A DNA stretch of 64,000 bases. It comes from Eutreptiella sp. 'Long Island Sound 2002'. Its lineage: Eukaryota; Protista; Euglenida. Positions 1 through 11,758 of this stretch are shown one piece after another (position 1 is the stretch's first letter; every line of letters starts with the position of its first letter). The notes beneath the pieces are model-generated. The model saw only the letters and a list, made by a program, of their open reading frames with translations, did not search any database and had not been told where the DNA came from. The stretch is taken from NCBI GenBank assembly GCA_964036045.1, contig OZ038378.1:22568001-22632000 (forward strand). Reading direction: 5' to 3'. Made by a program: the position numbers and the translations under genes.

Positions 1-3000
1 GCGCATTTGCAAGCCATACAGTGAGCTAGAGGAAAAGTGGTCATTGTAATGGATTCCGAATATGTTTAAAAAAGTTTCACACCCGCATGCATTGCTTTTT
101 TGTTGGGATGAAACACACTAGGTGTCACGGTCCGGACCGGCACCGCATGCAGATCTTTGGAAGGTTGTGCTACGAGCGTGGCCTTGTTCACAAGCCCCAT
201 TAGGTTCCAAGTTCTAGGAAGCCCCAAAAGTACCATTGCCATTAACTTGAGGGTAAAGCTCATGTGGGAGTTTGTAGCACCTGGCCTGCTTCATCATTTG
301 CGGGTCCCACCTTCATTCTTTGAGGCTGCGGTTTTTTTTAGGATGAAAACCTCTTCTTGCCCGCCCTGTTTTATTTGACCAAGTACGTGTCCCAAAGTAG
401 GACGACATTTTGCCCCATTATATAGAACCACAACAAATCAAATTACTGACAATGAAGGATTTGCTTGAGAAGGCTCGAAAGCAAAACACCAGACAAAAAC
501 GACAGTAGGTGATGCAGCCATTTTTGTATCCACACTCCTGAGTGTAGAACCAAGGGAGCGCACATATACCTGTAATTAGTACCTTACGTCCTCCTTGTAA
601 TGCCCCCCCAACGTCGGGACGGTTCCCCCCCACAAACCATGAAGCAAGCGATACTCAGCTAAAGAAGGCCCCGCTGTCACGGGCGACTGATCATAGCTCG
701 CAATCGTTTTGCTGCACTGCAGCACTTCCAAACCAATATTGAATGTTGCCTTGAGTTCGCCCACGGGCTATCGAATGTCTCTTAGGTTGGTTTCGGTCAA
801 CTCCCTCATCTCCCTGGAGCCCGGCATGGTCAAAAACCAGTGGTGGGTCGTGACAGCACACACGCCTACGTTTCAGCCGTGACAACACACAACTTGTGCA
901 TGCCATGTTAGTCGTGGCAACACACGCTAGCTTGGGTCAACTCAACCCCCTCCCCAAAAAACCGGGTTAGGGGTCATTTACACACCGGTGACCCCATGGA
1001 TTCCTGGCTACTGCTAGTGTCCTCTTCCCGTTCGCTTGAACGATCAGTACATGTATCATCTTCATCTATGTCCAACTATGCCCAATCCTGCAATCCCCCA
1101 CTCATATTATTGTCGCTGGGCTCTTCCATCTCTTCGAGGCCTAAATCATTCCTCATGTCCCTGACCTCCCTATCACGAAGTGCTGCTCGATACGCCTATG
1201 CGGACTGGGAAGAGAGGAGCGCCAGTCATGAAAAGAAATTTTCACACGCTTGGGCTTCTACTGTTTGGAGTTCCACTGTGGGGGAGCCCTGGGGGAAGCA
1301 CAAGCCTGCACTTTGTGCACTCCACGGAGCATGCCTTCGGTTTTCAAGTTTGGTGACCGTGGCAGAGGTACAGCCTATTGCTGTAAAGCAAGTGAGATCT
1401 CTCAAAGAGCCAAAAGCTTTTAGGAAGAAACAAGAAAAAGTTATGGCTTAGGTTGCCCAACTCCGCCTTGTTATGAAGGACAGTTTTGTACCCATATACA
1501 CTGACGCCTTGTCTATCACCTCAAGGCAAGGACCCGTCGCAGGTTTTGGTGTGCACTAAAAGACCTGTGGGCTACGTGCCCAGGGATGAGCTTTAAACAC
1601 ACAACCATGTAGGACTCTATACGCATTTGCAAGCCATACAGCGAGCTAGACATAAAGTGGTCATTATAATCGATTCCACATACATTTACAACGGTTTGAC
1701 GGGTCGCATGCATCGGTGGGATGAAACACGCTAGGTGTCGCGGTCTAGTGTGGTACGGCATGCGGATCTTTGGAAGGGTGTGCTACGAGCGTGGCCTTGT
1801 CAACAAGCCCCATTAGATTCCAAGTTCTACGAAGCACCCGGAGTACCATTGCCATTAACTTGAGGGTAAAGCTCATGTGGGAGTTTGTAGCGGTTGGGAT
1901 GCTTTGTCATTTGCGGGTCCCACCTTCATTCTCTCCCAACAGCGTGGAGGGGCTCATGAAGCATGGACGGGCCTCACGTGAGGCAACCTAAAGGACGGAG
2001 GGGGGAGCCTCTTGTCATACAGGGCGGCAGCTCTCCAGAAACCCACGCGACTTGCCCCTTGGGTGAGTCTGGGGGCTGGAATGGGTAGAAGCCCCATGGA
2101 CTATTGCTCCTTAATATGATTTCCTTCCACCTTCATTCTTTCAGGCTGAGGACTTTTTGAGGCTAAAAACCTCTTCCTGCCCGCACCGTTGTATTTGAAC
2201 AAGTACGTGTCCCAAAGAAGCACGGCATTCTGCACCACAATATATAATTACAACAAATGAAACTGGTGACAATGAAAGACTGCCCTGAGAAGGCTCGAAA
2301 GCAAAACACGAGACAAAAACGACAATAGGTGATGCAACCCATTGTATATACACAATCCTGCGCGTAGAACCAAGGGAGCACACATATATGGAATGCGTAC
2401 CTTATCCTCTCCTTCTAAGGCCCCCCCAAAATCGGGACGGTTCCCCCCCCACGAACCATGAAGCAAGGGATCGTCAGCTAGTCGGCTATACGGAACGCCC
2501 CCGTGTCACAAGCGACCGGTCATAGCGCGCAATTATTTTGCTGCACCGCACTTCCAACCCAATATTGAATGTTGCCTTGAGTTCGCCCATGGGCTATTGA
2601 ATGTCTCTTAGGTCGGTTTGGGTCAGCTCCCTCACCTCCTTGGAGCCGTGGAATTGTCGAATCCCAGTGGTGCGTCGTGACAACACGCACGCGCACGTTT
2701 CAACTGTGACAACATACAACTCGTGCACGCCATGTTAGTCGTGGCAACACACGCTAGCTTGGGTCAACTCAACCCCCTCACCCAAAACCCGGTTAGGGGT
2801 CCTTTACACACCGTTGACCCAATTCATTGCTCGCTACTGCTATTGTCCTCTTCCCCTTTGCTTGAACAGTCTGTACATGTATCATCTTCATCTATGTCCA
2901 AATATGCCTCATCCTGCGATCCCCCACTCATATTATCGTCACTGGGCTCTTCCATCCCTTCGAGGCCTAAATCATTCCCGATGTCCCTAACCTCTTTGGT
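1..3000 (+). mobile_element. Two tandem decayed copies (period ~1.62 kb) of a Transib/RAG1-like DNA transposon fragment
   Basis: gcatttgcaagccataca occurs at 2 and 1623, with long colinear similarity (1-1170 vs 1620-3000). The plus strand gives broken transposase-like peptides (WDET, LEGKA, C-x3-C-GSHLH, MKDLLEKARKQNTRQKRQ) matching the inverted copy at 3445-4950. Many stops and frameshifts. Confidence 0.65.
1933..2126 (+). mobile_element. 194-bp 5'-truncated retro-insertion with 13-bp TSD
   Basis: ccaccttcattct is duplicated at 1920-1932 and 2127-2139. The paralogous transposon copies (~307-319 and inverted ~4398-4410) carry it once, as empty sites. The insert encodes ...LMKHGRASREAT* (stop 1989-1991), then 135 nt of 3' sequence. 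Confidence 0.85.
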
Positions 3001-3444
3001 GTCCCCGGGAAGGGGGTAGCGGGAACCCCTCCCCCTTCCGGGGCCCAATTCCGTTTGAGCACACGGACCAAGGACGGGGGCGCGAACCGGGGCGCGAACC
3101 AAAAACTAAGTGTTTTTTGTACACGGGATCATGATTTGTTGGAAAAACATGTGTTTCACCCCAAGTGGCGCATTTGGGACCGTTTGCCATTTTGGTTCCT
3201 GGGTATGGGATGGGTATGGGAGGTATGGGATACCTGGGAGTACATGCAAACCAGGAAAGGGTTGCTGAATTGGGATGTAGACCAAACATACTGACTAGGA
3301 ACCCCTTGCTGATTGCACTTCGCGGTGGCGTTCCTGATTTTGGGTGGCACACAACAATGGGCACAACAAACAATCCACAACCCGATGGTTCACTTGTACG
3401 TCGTTGTTACTCCTTTCTTTGTAGCTTGTTACTTTCATGCTTCA

Positions 3445-4950
3445 CTACCCCCGTCTTTTGTAACGCCTTCAACCCGTCATCTAAGGCATACATCTCTAGG
3501 ATATGCGCCATCCCCCTTTTGCTATTTCGGGCGTTACGCACGGACCACCCCCTAAAACGGTTTTGCGGGTGTGTTTTGAATGGTGAGTTCTGCCATTTCC
3601 GTTGGTACAGAAGGGAACATGTACATACTACTATATTTCCTAAGAACCCATGCGCCGTGCGCCACCGTCGAACGGAGCCACAAAGTTGGCTTCCATTTCA
3701 TGAGGCTCCAACACAAACCAAGTTGTTTGGCTGCTTGGTCCGCACAAGCCACCTCCGTGTCGCTCAAGAATGTCTTTTTTCTCCACAATCCGTGTAGGTC
3801 AACCACACTCCTAATGATACTAAAAACAACTGTGTACACCTTAACATTCTTCCCCTCCACAGTGCGATTAGGGTGGAACTCCTTCAACAACTCCACCACA
3901 CGCTTCTGAAACTCCGGCTTTTGCAAAAATATTCTAGCCGACATAAGGTCAAACGTATCCCTTTTTTGAGGCCGGAGGGCAACACGTTCGGCCAAGGGTA
4001 CATTTGCAGCTTCTTGCATAATGTCCGACCACACTTCTTGAATGCAACCTATGACCCCCCGTCCATCCCCACTTGCTACCCACGCTGACAAGTCACTCGC
4101 TAGTCGCTTGGCAATTGTATTGCAAAGCCGTGCCGCAAATTGTGCATAGTCCCCCAGCCTCGTAGTTCGCCGCACTGCTCTTGTGGATACACAAAGGGCT
4201 GCATCACCTACTGTCGTTTTTGTCTCGTGTTTTGCTTTCGAGCCTTCTCAAACAAATCCTTCATTGTCAGTAATTTGATTTGTTGTGGTTCTATATTGTA
4301 GTGCAAAATGTCGTGCTTCGTTGGGACACATACTTGTTCAAAAAAAACGGGGCAGGCAAGAAGAGGTTTTTAGCCTCAACAAGTCCTCAACTTGAAAGAA
4401 TGAAGGTGGGACCCACAAATGATGACGCAGGCCAGGTGCTACAAACTCCCACATGAGCTTTGCCCTCGAGTTTTAACGGCAATGGTACTTTTGGGGCTTC
4501 CTAGAACTTGGAATCTAATGGGGCTTGTGAACAAGGCCACACTCGTAGCACAACCTTCCAAAGATCTGCATGCGGTGCCGCTCCAGACCGTGACACCTAG
4601 TGCATGCGACGTGTGAAACTTTTTTAAACGTACTCGGAATCCATTACATGACCACTTTTCCTCTAGCTCACTGTATGGCTTGCAAATGCACATAGACTCC
4701 TACATGGTTGTCTGTTTGAGGCTCACCCATGGGCACGTAGCCCACAGGTCTTTTAGTGCACACCAAAACCTGCGACGGGTCCTTGCCTTGAGGTGATAGA
4801 CAAGGCGTCAGTGTATATGGGTACAAAACTGTCCTCCATAACAAGGCGGAGGTGGGCAACCTAAGCCATAACTTTTTCTTGTTTCTTCCTAAAAGCTTTT
4901 GGCTCTTTGAGAGATCTCACTTGCTTTACAGCAATAGGTTGTACCTTTAC
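3445..4950 (-). pseudogene. Degenerate Transib/RAG1-core-like DDE transposase (inverted copy; continues at 11982-12197 beyond the LINE)
   Basis: ORF 3552-4175 has WKPTLWL(R/H)STVAHGAWVLRKYSSMYMFPSVPTE, then after a frameshift xNSPFK. The spacing equals RAG1 ITNYFHKTLAH-x19-E-SGNKLF (recalled from memory). Upstream in the expected order: LEGKA (4457-4470), C-x3-C (4415-4429), TMH (4142-4150). Confidence 0.65.
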
Positions 4951-5080
4951 TTTTTTGCTTCCTGCAGCCAACAGATATCTGGCCGGGGTCACAAAGTGGA
5001 CGGGCACGGTGAACGCAAAGTACGATGGGTGGACAGGTGATGAAACCTTTGCCCCCGGATTTGCTGAACCGCTCCCCCTC

Positions 5081-6547
5081 ATGGGCGTCTTGTTGGATAA
5101 CTCGGCCGAGTGGCGACCTGTGGAGGCCATTGAGAGTCGTGAGTTGGATGTGCAAAACATGGACCACGATGATTTGTACGGGAACATACAAGACGGCGGG
5201 AAGTTCGCCATTGCGGAGGACACGGATACGGTTGTCTTGGAGTTCCCGGAAGCCATGAAGGTCAACACGCTCCATCGCATGTTCAAGTTCCTCAACGAAA
5301 CAGACATGGAGGTCCAAACCAGTATTGCCATGCAGCTACCCTGTAATAGCTTCCCGTTCATGGGGGCTATGGAGGCTCGCGCGTCGCGGTCTCAATCCAC
5401 GGCATACGAGGTTCGCCTCCCAAGGCGACTGGTGGCCAAGGCCACGCGAGTGGTGGCCGAGGCAGCGGAGGCTAGATACAAACAAGATGACCAGCTAGTG
5501 GGCCCCTTCATCATCAACGAATCGGCACGCGAGCTCTGGATTGTACGTCAGCGCTTTCGGGTGGAAAAAGAGGACAAAATCTCCTCTTACGAGGATATTA
5601 TACGGGACTTCCGCTAGAATCACCAGTTGATTCAGGGCACACTCATGGAGCATGTTGTGGGGATGAAGCCCGTCGACAATTATCGGTTGATGGTGCAGTT
5701 CAAGACGACCCTAGACCGCCTGACACTCGCCTCTGTGTTGAAACAAATCAACCATTACGAAGCGCAAAACGTGCTCACCAACGACATGATGTCGGGAGGG
5801 GTGTCACGGAGTAAATGGGGCTACGCGGCAGTCAAGGCACGAGCCCTGCTCCCGAACCCCGACCGCTCGCACGCTACGGAGATCTTTTGGGGAGCATCGC
5901 TGGGAGTCTCTGAGTATGAATTGCGAGTGACCGTCGCCAGTTTTGGTCGGTACGTGACGTTGGCCGAGGAGCCTAGCTTCTACATGGAACCCACTTACGT
6001 GCATTATGTGAGGGCCACCTACGAAAACCCCCAAAGTGCGGGTCTTGCGGCAGGGCAGTTCCTTAAGGTTAAAACTGGGGTCCTCCAATGTACCACGGGC
6101 GACTCTACCGGTGGCCAGGATGCTCTCATCCGGGACCGCATCGATTCCATGTTGTTGGATGTGGTCCCGGACTCCTCTCAAGTCCGCCTTCCACATCGCC
6201 TCCAGTACGCTGCGAAGTTCTTGGGAGCCAAGGAGGCCATGGCAAAACTGCATGATGAGCACCTCAAGACGAAACGTCTCCACGAACCCGCCATGGACAC
6301 GCAAGAGAAAATGATGCAATGGGATACAGAGGACCCTCTCCTCCAGCCGAAGCGTGCCAAAAAGGAAGCCCAGGACGCCCGTCTCCGCATGGACACGCGC
6401 CGACCTACGGCCTCCACCGCCAGCGACCTTAAGATCAAGACCAGTGCCTCCAAGCCACAGCTGGCTGCCCCGGCACATAAACCAACTGTAAAGCCCAAGC
6501 CGCCCACGCCCGCACGGCGGGGTGTGCCCAAACCAGCACGCAAGTGA
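5081..6547 (+). CDS. LINE A ORF1 (probable nucleic-acid-binding protein), with one in-frame TAG at 5615-5617
   Basis: ORF-track entries 4907-5617 and 5627-6547 share a frame and are split by a single TAG. The first in-element ATG in frame is 5081. RRM-like stretch WGASLGVSEYELRVTVASFGRYV; basic Pro/Lys-rich tail. Confidence 0.7.
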
Positions 6548-6628
6548 CCCCGGTCTGGGGGCACGCTGGGATTCTACCTGTGGGTCCTGTGCCTCCTCGT
6601 CTGCCTGGAGGGTTGTGTTAGCCACGTC

Positions 6629-9600
6629 ATGCGGCACTCACTACTCCTCGATATTCGTGGGCTCGTCATGGTGGGGGCAGGGCGCGGGATTGCATGGTAC
6701 GTGGGACCGTCACGGGTGAGGCGCCGTTCGCCCCGACGCACATGGTGGGCCCATGGCATGAGATGGGAACACCGTGGGGCGCGCATTTACCGGGTCTGGG
6801 ACAGGGGGCGGCCTTTCAGTTGGCTTGTATATAAGACGTATCTACGGGGGCACCTGGGCCCCTACAAGCCGTGGGAAGCCCTTCTACTGTTGCTTGGGGG
6901 AGACATCGAGCTCAACCCCGGGCCTTCAAGTGGTCAATGGGCTGCCGTGTATACCGCACTGAACAAGGGAGTGGTCAAGTCTGCTACCGGTTGCGCGCAA
7001 CCAAGTGGCGATGGCCTCCGGTGGGCGTCCTTCAATATTGGGGGCCCCACGGTTGATTGGGACCGATGGGTCACCATCGTACAGCTCTTGTCTGATATGC
7101 GCCTCGACATTATCGGCTTACAAGAAGTTAAGCCTACCTTTCCCGACATAGAGGCGGCAACAACATTAACCTTTCCCGAGTGGCAGATCTACTATCACCC
7201 ACACCCGTCCGGGACCGTCAATGGGGTGGCATTCCTGGTCCGCAACACAATGGACCACTTCGTGCTCAAGGACGGCAATCAACGTGCCTCGCTTTTCGCA
7301 GACCCAGACGGGACCTTTCTCGGACTTACTTTGCAGCTCCCCAACAAGCCACGGCTACGGGTCCTGAACTACTATGGACTCCAAACTGCAGCCACCAAGA
7401 AGAGGCAAGATGCCTTTGTCGAGGCACACCAATACGATGTACTCATGGGCGACTTCAACGACTCTATTTGGAGCAACACCCCAAGTCGGTTTCGGCACGA
7501 TGACCTACCGAGCCACCGTCTATACGACCCGCTGCACGAACTATGCCCCGATGGGTCTGTACAGGCGGGACACACCAGAGGGTGCCACCGCCTGGATGCG
7601 ATTCTGGTCTCTTCGCGGTGCTGGGGGATTGTTAGCCCCATGACATACCATACTGTCGCCATGCCCACCTCCGACCACCGGCTCGTCCTAATGACTACAG
7701 GCCTCACCTCCACGGACTGTGAGTCCTTTATCAAAGCCACGCACCCTGCCAAGAAGTGGAATGTGCGGCAAGAGCGAGCCGCCGTGCACGAGACACAACG
7801 CATACTCGCCGGGCAAGACACCCCAATGGACGCAGTATCACGCGCTGATGCGGTCCTCAAAGCGGTGGCGCAGGCCGTCATTCGACAGGGGAAGCGCACC
7901 AAGCGGACCCGTCTCAAAACTAACACACAACAGTGGCACAAACACTTCCAAGTGGTCAAGAAGCGCATCGCGCAGGAACTGCGCGAAGTGGCCAACAAGC
8001 GCCTCTATACCATGCGTCATGCAGCCCTCCGCAAGGATGGGGCATTCTTCCGCTTGACCAAAAATTGGACCCGCGGACCATTGAAGCCCACGCAAAAGCA
8101 ACCCAGTCCGGACCTGGCGCGCGCTTTGCTAGCCAACTTCAGTGGCAACCCCCCCTATGACATGGCGGCCATTGAAGCACTCATCCCACAACTCATCCCA
8201 CAGGGGCACATGACTGACGACCCACCAAGCTTCGATGAGTTCAAAAGGGCATGTATGGGCAAGCGCAAGAAAGCCGTGGGCCCCGATGGGGTTCCGCACC
8301 GCTTGCTGGGCATGCTGCCAGACGATACGCTGCACACATTGTATGAGGGGGCGCTAGAAGTATGGAGAACAGGAGACATCCCGCAGCATTGGCTGCGGTC
8401 TGAGGTGGTGTTGATGTACAAGAAAGGGGATCCTGACCGCCCCGAGAATTATCGACCCATTGCCGTGACCAACAGTATATATCGTGTTATCATGAAGTTG
8501 TACAGGCCCCGCCTGCAGCGCCTTGTGGACCGGGTTGCTAGCCCCGAGCAGTATGGGTCGAGGCCTTTGCACACCGCAACTGAGCAAGCTGCAAACTTAG
8601 TCAACTCCCTCCACGAGCACGAAATGGAGGGCCGGGAGCCTTTTGTGGTTTTGTTGGATGTTGCCAAAGCCTTCCCGTCCACAATCCATGAAGCCATTTT
8701 CTCCATCCTGAACCATGCCGGGCTCCCGCCGAACTATGTGAACGCCTTCCGCACGATCTATGCACATACTGACACATACACGGACATACAAGGAGAACGG
8801 ATATACTTCAAGCCCACGCGGGGCGTCAAAGAAGGATGCCCCTGCTCCCCGCTCTTGTTCGCTATTGTATATGAGTTGTTGATCAAGCGTTTGATCGCCA
8901 AGTACCCGGACACATTCGTTTATGTTGACGATATTGCCATCATTGTCAAAGATCATTCTGAATTGGAACGACTCCTCACCGACCTCTCCGCTTGGGGGTC
9001 CCAGATTGGGATTCAGTTCAATCCTAACAAGACAGAAGTGTATCACTTCCACAGACCACGGTCCTCGGGCGCTACCTCAGGGGGTGCCCAGCAGGCAACG
9101 CACATCTGGTGGGGACAACATCGCCTCGACTTCAAGGATCCCATGTTCACCTACTTGGGCCACACCATCGCCGGTGTAGGGTATAGGGGCAAGGCTAGGG
9201 ATGCGCTCTTCACCGCCCTGCAAGCTCAGGTAGCCGCATACACCATCCTCCCGTTGACAAGCTTTGAGCGGGCACAAATCGTCAATTCCGTACTCATCCC
9301 CAGGTGGGTGTATAAGAGTCTCTTTATGTGGGATGTGTGTTGGGGCAACCGCATGGAGACCGCCTTCGAAGAGTTTGTCCTTCAGGCTCCCCGCGTGGAA
9401 AAGTACCTGCAGTACCGCCTCTACACGGACGTCACCGAAGGGGGACTGGGCCTCCACAGTGCGTCCTGGGCCGGTTTATGCGCCCTTATTCAGCTAGTCC
9501 AACGGGCCTTGCGAGTTCCACACAGGCCTATGACGAGGCGCACCAACTCAGGTCATCTCCCACACATGGTGGAGAAGTACCGCAAAATCCTGCTGTCCTT

Positions 9601-11758
9601 TGGTATGGAAATGGGGCGCCTCCCACGCGCCGGCCAATCGATAGGTCGAAAGGCACCCAAACGGGCCCACGATGACCTCGAGTCACTCTTCGATGATGAG
9701 GACTCCGACGATTGCAGGTTTGAGTCGCTTGTACCCCACCAGTACCTCCAATCCCTGCGTCCCAAGAGCGGCACTAGTCCCGTGCAACCCAACGTTGAGC
9801 AATCAGGCCGTGCCTGGCACCAACAGGGGCAACCCACGGGGTCGACGTGGTACAGTGACGGCAGCCTGTTGGAAGGGCGTGCTGGCACAGGGGTGGTCAA
9901 CGGACCTATGCGCATCCAAGCGAGAGTACCGGGCCCGCAGACGATTTATAGGGCAGAAATGTACGGCATATGGATCGCGGCGTGCCTAGCCCAACCGGGG
10001 GACTCCATCGTGCTTGACAACCGGGCTGCGGCTCGATGCGTCTCCAAGCCACCCAGCCCACAATCGTCCGACTATGATTTGCACGACGCAGCGTACCAGC
10101 TTATCTCCACCAAGGCACTCCAAGTACGTTGGGCACGTGGGCATCGGGACCCTAAAAAGGCGCATAGTTTGCAAGATTATCAGGACAGGATTGGCAACGA
10201 ATTAGCCGACCTCGCAGCCCGAGCGGGCAGTACCATGCACCCTTGCCGTGGTCTGGGCAGCACATCACCCGCGGATATCCTCTTGAACGGCCATGTAATG
10301 CCGTCCCCTGCCCGTAAGTGGATCATCAAATCACGCCCCCAGAAGCTGGTACACGAGGCGCATTGGACGTCATGGCTGCCTTTGCGCGCGGTCAACCGAG
10401 ATAAGTGGGGTCCATGGCTGTGGGGGACACTGCGATTGCCGGGGTATGGGGCACCCTGGGAAACCGGGCCGGTGCTGTGCCCACGGTGTGGACAGCGCCA
10501 TGGCCTTGCAGTGCAGGAGTGCCTCTTGTCATGCCCCTCCGAATCCCGGTTTTGGGACATTTGGACCGACGCATGGGAGACATGGAAACCGGAGGCAACC
10601 AAGTGGCGACGAACGGCGTCCGCAGACGAACTGCGCATGTGCACCCGCTTGCAGTTCCCACACTCCCTTCAACGATCCTTCCTTCCAGTCCAGGCGCACT
10701 GGAGGGTGGTAGTTGCCACATGGCACTTCCACGTATTCCAGCGATTGCAGGCGTGGGTCGTTGACAAGCTGCAGCACGCCCCAACTTTCGTCAGCAACAA
10801 GCGGCCCACGCACATTGTCCCACCTGTTGCTGGGGCCCTGCCGCAGGTAGCTAAACCTACGGCCCGCAACATCTGGAACCACGTGAGAGGCGTACTGTCG
10901 ATCCCGCCGCCATCAGAGCCACGTTTCACAGATACTGCGCCCACGGTGGAGGAACTTCGGTGGCAATTGACACAAGCGGTCACCACTGCCGAGCGCACGT
11001 GGGTCTTGGAGGCCATGGCCCGGCACCACCATGTAGCACCGCCGCGCAAACGGCCCAGAGAACCGTCGCCGCCACCGGCACAGGCTCCGGTCTCACCGCC
11101 GCGCGAGTCTCGTGAAATTCATGCCGGACCCTTCCTGGAACAGGCTAGGCGTCTCATGCTACACGCCCAAATGCAGGCCGCACGACTCTGCCTGGAAGAG
11201 GTGGCGCAGGCACTCGCCCGGCAAGCCGTCACACAGAAGTCCCTCTTCTTGGCACACCACCACGAGCACTTGTGCCGGCAAGCGTACTTCCTCTACAAGG
11301 AACATACGACGCGGTGGTATGTAGAAGCGCAACAGGCGGTCTACCACTTGTCCTGGATGGCGGATTCTCGCCGACTACGCTTCCGCCAGTGGCGAACAGC
11401 TGTCCTCCCCGAGGCGCGGTCCACGGTGTCGCGCAAGCTCGCCGTGGCATCCTCGTGTTGGGAGCAGGGACATGTTTCGCTGTCCACCGGCATCCAAGCG
11501 GAAGAAGCATCCGAATGGCGGCATATGTCCCAAGTGCACGCGGTGACCCTTACGGCCTTACGGCGGACGACTTTGTCGGACCCCCGATGGGACATCCGGG
11601 GGGCCACCGCACAGCGCATGAAGCGCTTGCGGGACGAGAACCCACCCGAGACACACAAGAAACGGAGGACAGAGGCGCCGGAGGTTCCTAGTGATCTCCA
11701 GGATATGGAAATCCCGCTGGAGGACATGGGCGATGTCATAGTCTTGACTGGATTGTAA
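6629..11758 (+). CDS. LINE A ORF2, 1709 aa: 2A peptide, APE endonuclease, reverse transcriptase, RNase H, Cys/His knuckle
   Basis: APE motifs SFNIGG, GLQEVK, GDFND, RLDAIL, SDHRLV. RT motifs YRPIAV, LDVAKAFPS, GVKEGCPCSPLLF, YVDD (8921-8932). RNase H motifs YSDGS, RAEMYG, GHRD, GNELADLAA. CPRCGQRH knuckle. Confidence 0.97.
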   Translation: MRHSLLLDIRGLVMVGAGRGIAWYVGPSRVRRRSPRRTWWAHGMRWEHRGARIYRVWDRGRPFSWLVYKTYLRGHLGPYKPWEALLLLLGGDIELNPGPSSGQWAAVYTALNKGVVKSATGCAQPSGDGLRWASFNIGGPTVDWDRWVTIVQLLSDMRLDIIGLQEVKPTFPDIEAATTLTFPEWQIYYHPHPSGTVNGVAFLVRNTMDHFVLKDGNQRASLFADPDGTFLGLTLQLPNKPRLRVLNYYGLQTAATKKRQDAFVEAHQYDVLMGDFNDSIWSNTPSRFRHDDLPSHRLYDPLHELCPDGSVQAGHTRGCHRLDAILVSSRCWGIVSPMTYHTVAMPTSDHRLVLMTTGLTSTDCESFIKATHPAKKWNVRQERAAVHETQRILAGQDTPMDAVSRADAVLKAVAQAVIRQGKRTKRTRLKTNTQQWHKHFQVVKKRIAQELREVANKRLYTMRHAALRKDGAFFRLTKNWTRGPLKPTQKQPSPDLARALLANFSGNPPYDMAAIEALIPQLIPQGHMTDDPPSFDEFKRACMGKRKKAVGPDGVPHRLLGMLPDDTLHTLYEGALEVWRTGDIPQHWLRSEVVLMYKKGDPDRPENYRPIAVTNSIYRVIMKLYRPRLQRLVDRVASPEQYGSRPLHTATEQAANLVNSLHEHEMEGREPFVVLLDVAKAFPSTIHEAIFSILNHAGLPPNYVNAFRTIYAHTDTYTDIQGERIYFKPTRGVKEGCPCSPLLFAIVYELLIKRLIAKYPDTFVYVDDIAIIVKDHSELERLLTDLSAWGSQIGIQFNPNKTEVYHFHRPRSSGATSGGAQQATHIWWGQHRLDFKDPMFTYLGHTIAGVGYRGKARDALFTALQAQVAAYTILPLTSFERAQIVNSVLIPRWVYKSLFMWDVCWGNRMETAFEEFVLQAPRVEKYLQYRLYTDVTEGGLGLHSASWAGLCALIQLVQRALRVPHRPMTRRTNSGHLPHMVEKYRKILLSFGMEMGRLPRAGQSIGRKAPKRAHDDLESLFDDEDSDDCRFESLVPHQYLQSLRPKSGTSPVQPNVEQSGRAWHQQGQPTGSTWYSDGSLLEGRAGTGVVNGPMRIQARVPGPQTIYRAEMYGIWIAACLAQPGDSIVLDNRAAARCVSKPPSPQSSDYDLHDAAYQLISTKALQVRWARGHRDPKKAHSLQDYQDRIGNELADLAARAGSTMHPCRGLGSTSPADILLNGHVMPSPARKWIIKSRPQKLVHEAHWTSWLPLRAVNRDKWGPWLWGTLRLPGYGAPWETGPVLCPRCGQRHGLAVQECLLSCPSESRFWDIWTDAWETWKPEATKWRRTASADELRMCTRLQFPHSLQRSFLPVQAHWRVVVATWHFHVFQRLQAWVVDKLQHAPTFVSNKRPTHIVPPVAGALPQVAKPTARNIWNHVRGVLSIPPPSEPRFTDTAPTVEELRWQLTQAVTTAERTWVLEAMARHHHVAPPRKRPREPSPPPAQAPVSPPRESREIHAGPFLEQARRLMLHAQMQAARLCLEEVAQALARQAVTQKSLFLAHHHEHLCRQAYFLYKEHTTRWYVEAQQAVYHLSWMADSRRLRFRQWRTAVLPEARSTVSRKLAVASSCWEQGHVSLSTGIQAEEASEWRHMSQVHAVTLTALRRTTLSDPRWDIRGATAQRMKRLRDENPPETHKKRRTEAPEVPSDLQDMEIPLEDMGDVIVLTGL
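6866..6925 (+). other. 2A-like ribosomal skip (StopGo) peptide, PWEALLLLLGGDIELNPG/P
   Basis: Exact D(V/I)ExNPGP consensus at 6902-6925 with a hydrophobic upstream helix, just before the APE domain. 2A-like sequences are known at this position in APE-type non-LTR elements. Confidence 0.85.

Noticed and set aside
1274-1280. RSS-like heptamer cactgtg (cacagtg at ~12081) within the RAG-like relic
   Set aside because: It is internal to the shared sequence rather than terminal, and there is no nonamer at 12- or 23-bp spacing.
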